Shown: piece after piece, positions 47,843 through 58,581 of the stretch
How the letters are laid out: each line of letters begins with the position of its first letter
How positions within the stretch are numbered: the stretch's first letter is position 1
DNA from: Candidatus Microgenomates bacterium
Lineage (GTDB): Bacteria; Patescibacteriota; Microgenomatia; Daviesbacterales; UBA10151
Length of the DNA: 64,000 nucleotides
NCBI GenBank assembly: GCA_016182045.1
Contig: JACOYE010000008.1
Coordinates: 64,502 to 128,501 of the forward strand
Direction of reading: 5' to 3'
The notes under the pieces: generated by a model
Databases searched by the model: none
What the model saw: only the letters and a program-made list of their open reading frames with translations
Told to the model about the DNA's origin: nothing
Position numbers and translations under genes: made by a program

Positions 47843-49135
47843 ATGCCCCTGAAGCCAGAACCAAAACATGATCATGGAATTTTAAAATTCCCTCAAGGTT
47901 TCCTATGGGGAGCAGCCACCTCTGCCCACCAGGTGGAGGGTAATAATGTCCATAATGACTGGTGGGCATGGGAGCAGGGCAAGCCCTTTGACTTACGCTC
48001 AGGGCAAGCCTGCGATCAGTATCATCTCTATGAACAGGATTTTGATCTGGCCAAATCCTTAAATCACAATGCTCACCGCTTATCCATTGAATGGTCAAGG
48101 ATAGAACCTCATGAAGGTCAGTTCAATGAGAAGGAAATTGAACACTACAAAAAGGTCTTAAAAGCCTTAAAGCAGCGCGGTTTCACGGTGATGCTGACCC
48201 TTTGGCACTTTACCCTACCAAAGTGGGTGGCAGATGAGGGAGGCTGGGAAAACGGCCAAACTGTTAAGTATTTTGAGAGATTTGTGCGCAAAATTGTACC
48301 GGAGATTGCAGACTATGTTGACTTATGGGTGACCATCAATGAACCGGGTGTTTATATTTATGAAACTTATATAGCCAGGCAGTGGCCTAATGCCAAAAGG
48401 AGTCTTTGGGGACAAATCAAATCCTTTCTTAATTTGGCTTCGGCCCACAAAAAGGTGTACAATTTTTTGCATCAAAGTTTCCCGGCGGGCAAACCAGTCG
48501 GTATGGCCAACAATATCCTATCTTTTGAACCTTATCACAAACACTCCATCATAGAACAACTGGCTGTTTCCTTAAATGATATCTTTATCAATCATTTATT
48601 CTATTTCTTAACAGGCAAGACTCATGATTTTTTGGGAATAAATTACTACTTTCACGTCCGTTTTAAACACAGAATGCTACTGCCTCAAGCCGTAAACACC
48701 ACGGCTCAAACTCATGACATTTCCGATTTAGGCTGGGAGGTTTTTCCGGAAGGTATTTTTGATGTTTTAACCGATCTGTCTGATGATCTGCCCATTTATA
48801 TTACAGAGTGTGGCATAGCTTCCACCAATGATGATAGAAGAAATAGGTTTTTAATCACCTATTTGCAGGAAGTGGCCAGAGCCATCAAAGTGGGGGTAAA
48901 TGTGAGAGGCTTTTTCTATTGGTCTTTGATTGATAATTTTGAATGGCAGATGGGATTTGAACCCAGATTCGGCCTTGTTGAAGTAGATTATCAAACACAG
49001 CAAAGAATCATCCGTCCTTCTGCCAAAGTTTATGCTGAGATTATTGCCAGAGGGGGCATCCCTCATAATTTGATGCGGTTTATCGGACACACAGTTACAG
49101 CTAAAGAAGTTCTGGCCAGAAAATCCCATCCATGA
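47843..49135 (+). CDS. glycoside hydrolase family 1
   Basis: FLWGAATSAHQVEG, TINEP, ITECG, DNFEW. Confidence 0.95.
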   Translation: MPLKPEPKHDHGILKFPQGFLWGAATSAHQVEGNNVHNDWWAWEQGKPFDLRSGQACDQYHLYEQDFDLAKSLNHNAHRLSIEWSRIEPHEGQFNEKEIEHYKKVLKALKQRGFTVMLTLWHFTLPKWVADEGGWENGQTVKYFERFVRKIVPEIADYVDLWVTINEPGVYIYETYIARQWPNAKRSLWGQIKSFLNLASAHKKVYNFLHQSFPAGKPVGMANNILSFEPYHKHSIIEQLAVSLNDIFINHLFYFLTGKTHDFLGINYYFHVRFKHRMLLPQAVNTTAQTHDISDLGWEVFPEGIFDVLTDLSDDLPIYITECGIASTNDDRRNRFLITYLQEVARAIKVGVNVRGFFYWSLIDNFEWQMGFEPRFGLVEVDYQTQQRIIRPSAKVYAEIIARGGIPHNLMRFIGHTVTAKEVLARKSHP

Positions 49136-50973
49136 ATCATATCCCTTTTACCATTCTTGCATACTTTTTAAACAGTGTCTCAGTCACCATTAACAAACTG
49201 ATCTTGGTTAAATCCCTGATCGATCCCCTAATTTATATCTTCTACATCAGTTTAGTCTCTCTTTTGGCCATACTGATCCTGCCTTTTACCAAAATACCCT
49301 CTCCTTTAGTGTTTATCTTATCATCCCAGTCAACTTTGCTTTGGACTGGGGGAGCATATTTTATGTTCAAGGCCTTAAGGTCGGGTCAAGTCCAAAGAGT
49401 CATCCCGGCAATTGGTACCCTCACCCCTTTAATTTTACTGATGATGACCTCCTTCACGGAAAAACTGTCCCTTAATCAAATTTGGGCAGTGGGATTTTTA
49501 ATTGCCGGACTTATCTTTTTAACCATGGGCGACTGGAAGGGCAAACTCACTCTTTGGGAAATTGCTTTTGAGGTAATCTCCTCATTCCTTTTTGCCATCT
49601 CATATATCCTTCTTCGCCAAGCTTATCTTCTGGAGAATTTCCTGACAGTTTTGGTGTGGTCCAGACTGATCTTGGTGCCTCTGGGGTTGGTCATCTTGTT
49701 AACTCCCCTCTTAAGAAGAAAAATTTTTCAGTCGGGCTCTCATCCTCTGTCTCTGGCCGGCAAGATGGGGCTTATTTTTATTGTTGGACAAATCTTCGGT
49801 GGCGCCTCAGAACTACTTTTAACTTTCTCTATCTCTCTTGCTAATCCTGCCTTGGTCAACTCCCTTCAGGGCACCCAGTACATCTTTCTACTTATCTTTG
49901 TTTTGGTTTTATCCAAAAAATTTCCCGATGTATTTAAAAAAGAACGTGCCCTTTTCTTTTTGGCCAAGCTGGTCGGTATCGTTTTAATAGTATCCGGTCT
50001 TTATATCTTGGCTTTTTCTCCTACCAGCGGCACCGCAAAGGTTGACCAATTACCCAAATGGGGCTTAAGCTTTTCTCCCAGATATGCTAAGTCTCTGGGA
50101 CTTGATCCTGAGATCGTCTATCTTAATGTGCTTAATGAGCTGAAGGTGAAAAGATTAAGGCTGCCTGTTTATTGGGATGAAGTGGAAATTTACCCGGATC
50201 AGTTTAACTTCTCCGCTTTAGACTTTTACCTTAATGAGGCTTTAAAGAAAAAGGTGGAGATAATCTTGGTGGTGGGATATAAACAGCCCAGATGGCCGGA
50301 ATGCTACCCACCTTCCTGGGTCAATAGTTTAACCGGTTCGGAAAAGAAGATGAGAGTTCTGAAACTTTTAAAGGGGGAAATTTTATATTTCAAACAATTT
50401 ACCAATATCACTACCTGGCAGGTGGAGAATGAGCCTCTTTTTAACTGGGGCATTTGTGACCCTGAGCTTAGGGATGGGCAATTCCTCAAACAGGAAATTG
50501 ATTTGGTTAAAGCTCTCGACCAAAGACCCATTTTAATAACAGATGCCGGGGAGTTATCTTTGTGGATCGATCCCATCAAATTGTCCGATCTTTTCGGCAC
50601 CACACTTTACAGGCAGGTTTGGTCCCCCTACTTTGGGCAGCTAACTTATCCCTTACCGCCGATCTTTTATACCTTAAAGGATAATTTGGTTCGCATCTTC
50701 TCCGCAAATAAAGACAGCACGACCATCATCTCCGAACTTCAGGCAGAACCCTGGTTGGCCCGGGGTGTCACCATCACCGAGGTCAGTGCAGCAAAGCTTA
50801 ATAAACAGCTGCCTATCAACAAACTTAAAGGCAATTTTGAATATGCCAAAGAGACCAATTTTCCTCAAATTTATTTGTGGGGAGCGGAATGGTGGTATTA
50901 TATGGAGAAACAAGGCTATCCCCAGTACCTGGAATATGCCAAGACAATTTTTAGTAATGATTCACAAAATTAG
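49132..50973 (+). CDS. EamA/DMT membrane domain fused to clan GH-A glycoside hydrolase
   Basis: About 10 TM N-terminus; then RLPVYW, QVENEP, SELQAEPW. Confidence 0.75.
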   Translation: MNHIPFTILAYFLNSVSVTINKLILVKSLIDPLIYIFYISLVSLLAILILPFTKIPSPLVFILSSQSTLLWTGGAYFMFKALRSGQVQRVIPAIGTLTPLILLMMTSFTEKLSLNQIWAVGFLIAGLIFLTMGDWKGKLTLWEIAFEVISSFLFAISYILLRQAYLLENFLTVLVWSRLILVPLGLVILLTPLLRRKIFQSGSHPLSLAGKMGLIFIVGQIFGGASELLLTFSISLANPALVNSLQGTQYIFLLIFVLVLSKKFPDVFKKERALFFLAKLVGIVLIVSGLYILAFSPTSGTAKVDQLPKWGLSFSPRYAKSLGLDPEIVYLNVLNELKVKRLRLPVYWDEVEIYPDQFNFSALDFYLNEALKKKVEIILVVGYKQPRWPECYPPSWVNSLTGSEKKMRVLKLLKGEILYFKQFTNITTWQVENEPLFNWGICDPELRDGQFLKQEIDLVKALDQRPILITDAGELSLWIDPIKLSDLFGTTLYRQVWSPYFGQLTYPLPPIFYTLKDNLVRIFSANKDSTTIISELQAEPWLARGVTITEVSAAKLNKQLPINKLKGNFEYAKETNFPQIYLWGAEWWYYMEKQGYPQYLEYAKTIFSNDSQN

Positions 50974-51128
50974 TTCCATTTAGTTAATCTGACATTATTT
51001 GATATTATTTGATACTAAAAGAGATACTTTATACGCACATAAGAATTATTTAAAATAAGCTTGCTGATTCAGTTCGCTATTCTTGCCCGGATCAAAGTCA
51101 AATCTTTTGTTTAACCAAAGAGTCAATC

Positions 51129-53390
51129 ATGGCAAGGAAAAGAGCAGGCACAACCAGTTTAACACCTTATCCTCTCAAGGTTGTCCTTCTTTTGATTCAA
51201 TTTATCCTGGTTAAGATTGGTTCCATACCCCTAAATATTGTTAAGTCTTTTATTAACATTATTAATATCTTTATAAAATCACTTCTTAATTTGAAATTAT
51301 CTCGCCACCGTGGCCGGCCCAGAACTACTCCCTTTATTCCCTTTTATTTAAGAAGGCTGAATAAAAATATTTGGGCCAAAATCCCATTGAAAATTAAAGC
51401 CTCTTTTGCCTTTATCATTTTGGTAACCTTAGTCTTTTTATACACCTCATTCATCTTAACTGCAGCATACCAGCTTCCCTCTCCTGACAGGTTGATCACT
51501 CCCCAGCAACCACTCACCACCGAGTTTTATGATCGAAGTGGAAAATTGCTTTACCGTCTTTATGAAGGCAGAAACCGCTACTTAGTCAAACTGGAAGATT
51601 TACCTGTCTTTCTTATTCAAGCCACCATTGCCATTGAGGACAAAAACTTTTACCGCCATCCCGGGTTTGATCCATTGGCCATAGCCAGAGCAGTCTATTA
51701 TAATGTCGCCCAAGGCTACCAAGAAGGAGCATCGACCATCACCCAACAACTGATCAAAAATAGCCTGCTGACGCCCGAAAAGACTATTTCCAGAAAAATT
51801 AAAGAGATCATATTGGCTTTTTGGGCGGAAAGGATCTATTCCAAAAATCAAATTCTTCAGATGTATTTTAATGAAGCTCCGTACGGTGGGCCTGCCTGGG
51901 GCATTGAAGCTGCCTCGCAAACTTATTTTGGTAAAGGGGCCAAAGATCTAGATCTTTCGGAAAGTGCTTTTTTGGCAGGACTACCTGCCTCCCCCACCCA
52001 GTTTTCCCCTTATGGTACAAACCCAACTCTTTCAAAAATCAGGCAGGAACAGGTTCTACAAAGAATGCTGGAAGAAGGATATATAACCCAAACCCAAAAA
52101 GAGCAGGCTTTAAGTCAGCCTTTGGCCTTAAGGCCGCCTGTTAACAATATCCAGGCTCCTCACTTTGTATTTTATGTACGAGATTTATTGGCTCAAAAAT
52201 ATGGACTGAGGGTAATATCTCAAGGGGGACTTAAAATCCAAACCAGCCTGGATTTGTCCTTACAACAAGAGGTGGAAAAAATTGTCTCTTCCGAAATTGA
52301 CAAATTATCTGCTTTAAATGTCAAAAATGGGGCTGCCATGGTTTTGGATGCCAAAACAGGCCAGATTTTGGCTATGATGGGATCAAGAGATTACCGTTAT
52401 CCCGGATTTGGCAACTTTAATGTTACCTTGGCCATCAGACAGCCAGGCTCATCTATCAAACCTATCACCTACGCTACTGCATTTAAAAAGGGATTCTCGC
52501 CCGGAAATACCATCTTAGATACCCCAGCTGTTTTTAAGGATCAATGGGGTAATTCTTATGCACCTGTAAATTATGATGGCAGATTCAGAGGCCCTGTCTC
52601 TATCCGTCAAGCTTTGGCCAGCTCATTTAATGTGCCGGCTGTCAAAATGCTTGCCACAATTGGCCTGGATAGCATGATTCAAACAGCCAAAGATTTGGGG
52701 ATTACCACTTTTGATGATTCTTCTCGCTTTGGTCTATCCTTAACTTTGGGTGGAGGGGATGTCAGGATGATTGATATGATGGGGGTTTATGCCACCCTTT
52801 CTCAACTGGGAGTTTACAAAAAACCTACTCCAATTATTAAAGTTACAGATTCTTCCGGCAATATCTTGGAGGAGTACAAAGATGAGGGCAAACAAGTTCT
52901 AGAAGAAGGTGTTGTCTATCTTATTACCAATATCTTGTCCGATGATCGGGCCCGCAGTTTAGCTTTCGGATCCAATTCCCTTCTTAATTTAGGACCAAAC
53001 GTGGCTGTTAAAACCGGTACTTCTGATAAGAAAAGGGATAATTTGACTTTTGGATACACAACTGATTTTGTGGTTGGGGTTTGGGTTGGTAATCCTGATA
53101 ACTCCCCCATGAATCCCCAACTGACCTCTGGTATTACCGGTGCTGCTCCGATTTGGAATAAGATTGCCAAAATAATGCTTTCCAAAATTCCGAGTAAAGC
53201 ATTTACTCGACCGGAGGGAATTATTGAAATTTCGGTTGATGGCAGAAAAGATTTGGCTATTGCCGGAAATATTCCCAAAGGTTTGGTTAGGGTCAAACCT
53301 GAAGGTGACAAACTGATCTTCTCGGACTCTTTCTCCTCTTATGCCACTTCCTCAGCCCAAGCTGCCATAAAAAATGGACTTACCAATTAA
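51129..53390 (+). CDS. class A penicillin-binding protein
   Basis: EDKNF, GASTITQQ, SSIK, SFN, KTGT. Confidence 0.95.
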   Translation: MARKRAGTTSLTPYPLKVVLLLIQFILVKIGSIPLNIVKSFINIINIFIKSLLNLKLSRHRGRPRTTPFIPFYLRRLNKNIWAKIPLKIKASFAFIILVTLVFLYTSFILTAAYQLPSPDRLITPQQPLTTEFYDRSGKLLYRLYEGRNRYLVKLEDLPVFLIQATIAIEDKNFYRHPGFDPLAIARAVYYNVAQGYQEGASTITQQLIKNSLLTPEKTISRKIKEIILAFWAERIYSKNQILQMYFNEAPYGGPAWGIEAASQTYFGKGAKDLDLSESAFLAGLPASPTQFSPYGTNPTLSKIRQEQVLQRMLEEGYITQTQKEQALSQPLALRPPVNNIQAPHFVFYVRDLLAQKYGLRVISQGGLKIQTSLDLSLQQEVEKIVSSEIDKLSALNVKNGAAMVLDAKTGQILAMMGSRDYRYPGFGNFNVTLAIRQPGSSIKPITYATAFKKGFSPGNTILDTPAVFKDQWGNSYAPVNYDGRFRGPVSIRQALASSFNVPAVKMLATIGLDSMIQTAKDLGITTFDDSSRFGLSLTLGGGDVRMIDMMGVYATLSQLGVYKKPTPIIKVTDSSGNILEEYKDEGKQVLEEGVVYLITNILSDDRARSLAFGSNSLLNLGPNVAVKTGTSDKKRDNLTFGYTTDFVVGVWVGNPDNSPMNPQLTSGITGAAPIWNKIAKIMLSKIPSKAFTRPEGIIEISVDGRKDLAIAGNIPKGLVRVKPEGDKLIFSDSFSSYATSSAQAAIKNGLTN

Positions 53391-53415
53391 GATATGATAT
53401 AAAGATTCGACTCTT

Positions 53416-54567
53416 ATGATGAGTCGCATTGAAGCAAAAGGGGGATCTTCCTCCTTGATTAGGTCAATTCAAGCAGGTCTTGGAAGAGGACTTAATTTGA
53501 TAGGTGCCTGGAAAGGATCTCTTTTGAATTCGGAGATTGCTCATACGGTTCTACTCCCCTCTCAACCAAATATTTCAAAATATATACAACAAGTGGAAGC
53601 AGAAGAGGTTATCCTCAATCAGGGAAGTATTGAAATTATAGAAAGATTGGTTGGGCATCCTTTAGATCGAGGGCGGTACCGACAATTGAAACAACTTTTG
53701 GGTGGTAAAAAATCCAACTATCAAAGGATGGAAAAAGACGCTGTTGTTGAAGTCAGACTAATAGATGGTGTGGATATTGCCCGCATTCCCTCTCTTTTCC
53801 CTTTTCCTGAAGAGTTACCCAAAGTAGTAGCTATTACCAGCTTTGACTATTTACTGTCCGATGTTTATCTACATCATTCATTCTCAACTGTAACTTTGGG
53901 AGGTGAACCATTATCTTTATGGGATGATGAGGGTAAAGCATATCCACCTGATGATCTTTTAAAAGATTCTATTGAAGCACTCTATCCAGGAGATTCTATA
54001 AAATTTTCCAACGGTGATGGCTTAACTATGACCACAACAATACTGCCAATACAAGAAGGCAAGCCTATGCCACAATTTGTTTTGGCAGTTGAAAAAAATA
54101 GGGCAGCAAATTTCCAAGCTACAATTGCTGAAGCAAGAAGGAGAGATCTTGCAATCTTATGGAAGGTAAAAGAAGCACATTTGGGGCTGATGGAAGCGCT
54201 ATTTTGGCGAGACCTGAACGATCCGACAAAGCGGGTTTTCATTCAAGATAGAAGCGGCAATCAAACCACCTTTGATAATAAGGAGCTAGGACGATTCCGG
54301 TTTGCCCGCGAAATTGTGCATGGAACATTTGATAGCGTGATTGAATATACCAGAGGAGACCTCGAAGAAGAGTGGCAAAAGGATATGCAGGCTATTAAAA
54401 CGAATGATCCTTTTCCCCGCCACTTTAGACTGCTCACTGTTGGGATTGGTGATAATTATGAAACAGGAAGATCCCTTGCGAAGTACGCTTTGGCTAAAGT
54501 TGAAGGTAAATACATCATCCAGTGTCCACCAGTGGCAGTGACATTTTCTTATAACCAAACTAGATAG
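53416..54567 (+). CDS. hypothetical protein
   Basis: 383-aa ORF, no recognised motif. Confidence 0.65.
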   Translation: MMSRIEAKGGSSSLIRSIQAGLGRGLNLIGAWKGSLLNSEIAHTVLLPSQPNISKYIQQVEAEEVILNQGSIEIIERLVGHPLDRGRYRQLKQLLGGKKSNYQRMEKDAVVEVRLIDGVDIARIPSLFPFPEELPKVVAITSFDYLLSDVYLHHSFSTVTLGGEPLSLWDDEGKAYPPDDLLKDSIEALYPGDSIKFSNGDGLTMTTTILPIQEGKPMPQFVLAVEKNRAANFQATIAEARRRDLAILWKVKEAHLGLMEALFWRDLNDPTKRVFIQDRSGNQTTFDNKELGRFRFAREIVHGTFDSVIEYTRGDLEEEWQKDMQAIKTNDPFPRHFRLLTVGIGDNYETGRSLAKYALAKVEGKYIIQCPPVAVTFSYNQTR

Positions 54568-54618
54568 CTATTTCGGGTCCTCTTGACAATCTAATTGGCA
54601 TCTATTACCATTGGGAAA

Positions 54619-54921
54619 ATGTCAAATCCAGAAACAGGGTTTCAAGATGGTGATGATGGTGATTTAAATTTTGCAGAAGCTCTTGAACGATATCTCTCCC
54701 TTCCAGGTGATGAACCTCCAAAAGATCCTAGTGAGCCCGGTCCAACAAGGGTGGAGAAATTACCTGCCGGAAATTTTAAAACAAATCCAGATCGATTTTC
54801 TGTACGCCCGGGTGGTGATATCACCAGAAGGAAAATAACAGGAGGCCCTAGTAGAATAAGACCAGGTATACCTCATCGCCTAAGGCGAGATAGAGGCAGG
54901 CAAAATTCTTTTGATTATTAG
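54619..54921 (+). CDS. small disordered hypothetical protein
   Basis: ORF after TTGACA; acidic N-terminus, Arg-rich C-terminus. Confidence 0.5.
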   Translation: MSNPETGFQDGDDGDLNFAEALERYLSLPGDEPPKDPSEPGPTRVEKLPAGNFKTNPDRFSVRPGGDITRRKITGGPSRIRPGIPHRLRRDRGRQNSFDY

Positions 54922-54933
54922 AATTGGAACATT

Positions 54934-55335
54934 TTAATTTAACACCACCCAGCCTCTTAAATCCTTTTTGGGGATTTTTACAGGTGAGGTAATAAAGCGG
55001 GAAGATTCTCCGATAAAGATTAAGGTACCGTAGCGGGAGTCCGCCTTTTTCTTCCAGTAGGTTTCATCTACAGCCAGTCTCTTTCCATATTTTCCCCTGA
55101 TTTCCCTAATATCCCCTAAATCCAGCCCATCATAAAAGATCACTTTTTTTACTCTAAATTGGCCAATTATATCTCCTCCTGAAGGTTTTATATAAACCAG
55201 ATCTCTGGCAGAAATTTGTCCGAAAGGAGGATCACGTCTTTTAGAAAATCTACTTTCTATAGTCTTTTTACCGGAAAGTATTAAACTCCCCCCTTCCCCC
55301 TTAAAAATAGCCAGATGTTTCCCCATTTGGGGCAA
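54934..55335 (-). CDS. ASCH/PUA-domain protein
   Basis: ILSGKKTIESRFS. Confidence 0.8.
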   Translation of the reverse strand: MPQMGKHLAIFKGEGGSLILSGKKTIESRFSKRRDPPFGQISARDLVYIKPSGGDIIGQFRVKKVIFYDGLDLGDIREIRGKYGKRLAVDETYWKKKADSRYGTLIFIGESSRFITSPVKIPKKDLRGWVVLN

Positions 55336-55393
55336 TTATAGCATTAAGTAATGACTTGTAAATCTATCTAATCTACTATAGAATCTGTTGCAA

Positions 55394-55909
55394 ATGGCAG
55401 AGACTCCATGGAGAAATACTTCGCTTCTTTCTAGGGAAAGAGAGGTCGCAATGAATCCTTCGGATAACCATCATCCAACTCCCCTGCTTGACCATACTCA
55501 ACCACTTACCTTTACTCCTGAGGATGCCTTATATCTGGGGCAGTTGCTTCTCGTTGATAGATTCGGGGAGAAAGAGTGGCAACTAAAACAACTAAAAATA
55601 AATTTATCTGAGTTGGAGCGAATGAAAATTAGAGCTTTGGTGGAAAGACCAGGGGATATTAATATTGACGCTTATTTTGATCCTGAAGGATATTTTAACT
55701 CGCAATGGAAAGGTAGAATACCCGATTTATTAACCCGCTTTGCCGCATTTAATGCTGATGAGCGTCAAGTTTTTTTGGAAAATAATCAAAATGCCCAATT
55801 GATGCTGGGACCTTTATCTCATCTTTCTTTAGGAGAACTGCGATTTTGGCACCAGATCTCGCATAATGATCTTGAATTGGATAGACGTACTAATGAATCT
55901 TCACGCTAA
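55394..55909 (+). CDS. hypothetical protein
   Basis: Open frame. Confidence 0.55.
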   Translation: MAETPWRNTSLLSREREVAMNPSDNHHPTPLLDHTQPLTFTPEDALYLGQLLLVDRFGEKEWQLKQLKINLSELERMKIRALVERPGDINIDAYFDPEGYFNSQWKGRIPDLLTRFAAFNADERQVFLENNQNAQLMLGPLSHLSLGELRFWHQISHNDLELDRRTNESSR

Positions 55910-55945
55910 ATCCAAAGTTGTTTTAAACCCTATCCCTACCCTATT

Positions 55946-56359
55946 TTATTTGGAAGTATCAACAGAACCATTTTCTGTATGTCCATTAGATGAAAACTGT
56001 CCATTCTTATTAAAGACAATGTGCTCCATTTGTCTCATGAGCTGTTTTGCCATAGGATATACAGGGAGATAAACATCGTTTAGTATAACACCTGTCCAGC
56101 ATCCTACCCGTTCAATTATGTCCTTAAATTCTTCTTCTTTAATCTTATCCTGCTCAGTAATATCACCGCCAGCAGCTACACGATCCCACCCTTTTGCTAA
56201 AGCAATTACGTTCTCAAGTACTTCTTCTCTCCGATGTGGCTTAGATCCATTTTGATATGGCCATTCGTTATATGACTCTTCTGAACTTTGTTTCTCTAAT
56301 TCTATGCTGGCCAAAGACCGATTAATACCTTCTTTATTCTCTGTACGCATAGTACCCAT
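55946..56359 (-). CDS. hypothetical protein
   Basis: Open frame with TTGACA upstream. Confidence 0.55.
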   Translation of the reverse strand: MGTMRTENKEGINRSLASIELEKQSSEESYNEWPYQNGSKPHRREEVLENVIALAKGWDRVAAGGDITEQDKIKEEEFKDIIERVGCWTGVILNDVYLPVYPMAKQLMRQMEHIVFNKNGQFSSNGHTENGSVDTSK

Positions 56360-56507
56360 ATGAGCACCTATCTTTACTATAGGATAATACAATTATACTC
56401 CCTCTTGTCAAGAAATGCAAATTTAGTAGGTTTTTATATGATGTAATACGAATTTTGAGACCTTTTAAAAAGCCCAAAATGGAGGATATTTGTTGTATAC
56501 TATAAGT

Positions 56508-56780
56508 ATGACTGAGTTAGCGAAATTTTATCCATCAGAACAAAACTTGGGGAAGAATTGCAGTTTTTGGGATTTGAAAGGAAGATTTGCCGGTTGCAAC
56601 TTTCCTAGAGTAGAAATGCAGGGAAGAACCAGTTGCGAGAGGATGATTGATGATGTGTGTTTATTACTAAAAGACGGTCGCAGACCCTCCAGTTTAACTG
56701 AGGAGCAAATCAGAGAATTAAAGTTGAGAATACCTAAGTTTGATGAAAAACACTATATTCCCCCTGGGGATATTTCCTGA
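56508..56780 (+). CDS. small Cys-containing hypothetical protein
   Basis: Four spaced Cys. Confidence 0.55.
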   Translation: MTELAKFYPSEQNLGKNCSFWDLKGRFAGCNFPRVEMQGRTSCERMIDDVCLLLKDGRRPSSLTEEQIRELKLRIPKFDEKHYIPPGDIS

Positions 56781-56808
56781 ATCCACTGATATTTAGTATA
56801 ATTTATGA

Positions 56809-57264
56809 ATGGAAAGTTCTGAAGTACCAAGTAAAGGAATTAAAGGACTGGAAAAAGTTAAAAGAGGGCTTTCAGAGCTGGGAAACTATTTTAAGGAAAC
56901 ATTCGGTGTAGGTCCTGATAAAGTACCTGCTGAAAAAATTGATCAAGCAGCAGTGGCCAAAGTAATTCTTTATGACACCTTGGCAGAGGGTATGCGTTTG
57001 GGAGATCATTCCCAAATCCCCTTCTCTTTAACTACCCTGCTTGACAACATGGGCCATGTAGTCATGTCCCCAACAGATAATCCCAGAGAGAAATTTCCAG
57101 ATGAATATTTGGCAGTTAGAAGGCAGCTTGATATATTGGTGGGGGACAACATTTTAGTAATTGTTCCTCTTAAGGAACCTGACTCTAATGGAGAAAGACT
57201 TTATTATCAAGTTGTTAACAAAGATGCCTTAAAGAAGATTGCTTCAAAACAATCTCAAAAGTGA
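56809..57264 (+). CDS. hypothetical protein (possible winged helix)
   Basis: VRRQLDILVGDNIL...LYYQV resembles a wHTH wing. Confidence 0.55.
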   Translation: MESSEVPSKGIKGLEKVKRGLSELGNYFKETFGVGPDKVPAEKIDQAAVAKVILYDTLAEGMRLGDHSQIPFSLTTLLDNMGHVVMSPTDNPREKFPDEYLAVRRQLDILVGDNILVIVPLKEPDSNGERLYYQVVNKDALKKIASKQSQK

Positions 57265-57330
57265 GGGCGGTAACCTTAGTTCTCGACTGCTTGACAAAAC
57301 TATAGTATGTGATACTATGGTAGCCTCATT

Positions 57331-58335
57331 ATGGTAGAAACAGCAACACTAAAAAGACCTGCCTCATCAACTGCTGAGTCTTTGGAAATACCAGCTGCCA
57401 TTCTTTTCCCAGGACAAGGACTTCCACCAAAAGAGATTTGTTCCTACTATCAATTATTAACTGAACTAAATCCTGCCTTAACCACAAGGTATCTATCTTT
57501 GGCCCAGCAAGCACTGGAAAAAATCTCAGGTTCCCCCAGTTTTAACATTGAGACAGCTTTAAAAGATGCATCTTCACCTGATTTTAGAAAAACCTCCTTT
57601 GTCCAACCGGTAGTGTATTCTTTAAGTGTGCTCGCTTATGAAATAATGCGACCCAGATTAAGAGAGAGGAATATTATTCCCGATGTTATGGCCGGACACA
57701 GCCTTGGTGAATATTCTGCCATGACCGCGGCAGGTGTTTTTCCCTTCGAGGAAGGAATTGAAATTGTCACCTATAGAGGTAAGGTTATGCAAGAAGCTTG
57801 TGATGAGAATGAAAGTAGTCTAACCAGCATCAGCGGTCTAAATTTAGAAACGGTTCGAGATGAGATTTGCTTCCAAACTGGGGCAGAAATAGCTTTAGTT
57901 AATGCTCCTGATTTAATAGTGGTTGGTTCCCGTCCTGATCAAATTCCAAAAATTAAGGCAGTGGCTGATCAAATAGCAGGACAAAGTGTGAGGGTTGTAA
58001 CACTTGAGACAGCGGGAGCCTTCCATACACCTTTTATGATACCAGCGGCCGTAAATCTGGCAAGATTTTTAGCAAATTATGAATTTACCGATCCGCAATA
58101 CCGATTCGTCAATAATTATACAGGAGGTTTAGTAGAAAGCGGTGTAACTTTACGTGATCATTCATCAGAGAGTATGACCAGGCCAGTTTGGTGGGCTAAA
58201 TCTTTACAAACTATGAAAGAGTTAGGGAGTAAGACCTTTTTAGAATCAGGCCCAGGTGTGTCACTGAAACAAATAAATAAGAGAAATGGTATTGGAGAGG
58301 ATCAAACCAAAAACATAGTTGATATTTCCCCATAA
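57331..58335 (+). CDS. fabD: malonyl-CoA:ACP transacylase
   Basis: FPGQG, QP, GHSLGE, GAFHT, PVWW, ESGPG. Confidence 0.92.
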   Translation: MVETATLKRPASSTAESLEIPAAILFPGQGLPPKEICSYYQLLTELNPALTTRYLSLAQQALEKISGSPSFNIETALKDASSPDFRKTSFVQPVVYSLSVLAYEIMRPRLRERNIIPDVMAGHSLGEYSAMTAAGVFPFEEGIEIVTYRGKVMQEACDENESSLTSISGLNLETVRDEICFQTGAEIALVNAPDLIVVGSRPDQIPKIKAVADQIAGQSVRVVTLETAGAFHTPFMIPAAVNLARFLANYEFTDPQYRFVNNYTGGLVESGVTLRDHSSESMTRPVWWAKSLQTMKELGSKTFLESGPGVSLKQINKRNGIGEDQTKNIVDISP

Positions 58336-58357
58336 CTTTTGTTATACTTGACAAAGT

Positions 58358-58381
58358 GGGTCGAATAATCGACCCTTTTTT
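58358..58381 (+). terminator. hairpin + T-tract before secE
   Basis: GGGTCGA-ATAA-TCGACCC-TTTTTT. Confidence 0.5.
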
Positions 58382-58386
58382 AATAA

Positions 58387-58581
58387 ATGCCCAACATTAT
58401 TTCATTTTTTAAAGAAGTTAGGGAAGAGTTAAATAAGGTGGCCTGGCCCACCAGGGAACAAACTGTCCGCTATACCATTTTGGTGGTTTTAGTAGCAGTT
58501 GTGGTGGGATTATTCTTAGGAGGCCTGGATTATATCCTAACTGCTCTCACCTCTTTTATATTAGGAAAATATGGACGATAA
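58387..58581 (+). CDS. secE: preprotein translocase SecE
   Basis: ELNKVAWPTRE. Confidence 0.95.
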   Translation: MPNIISFFKEVREELNKVAWPTREQTVRYTILVVLVAVVVGLFLGGLDYILTALTSFILGKYGR

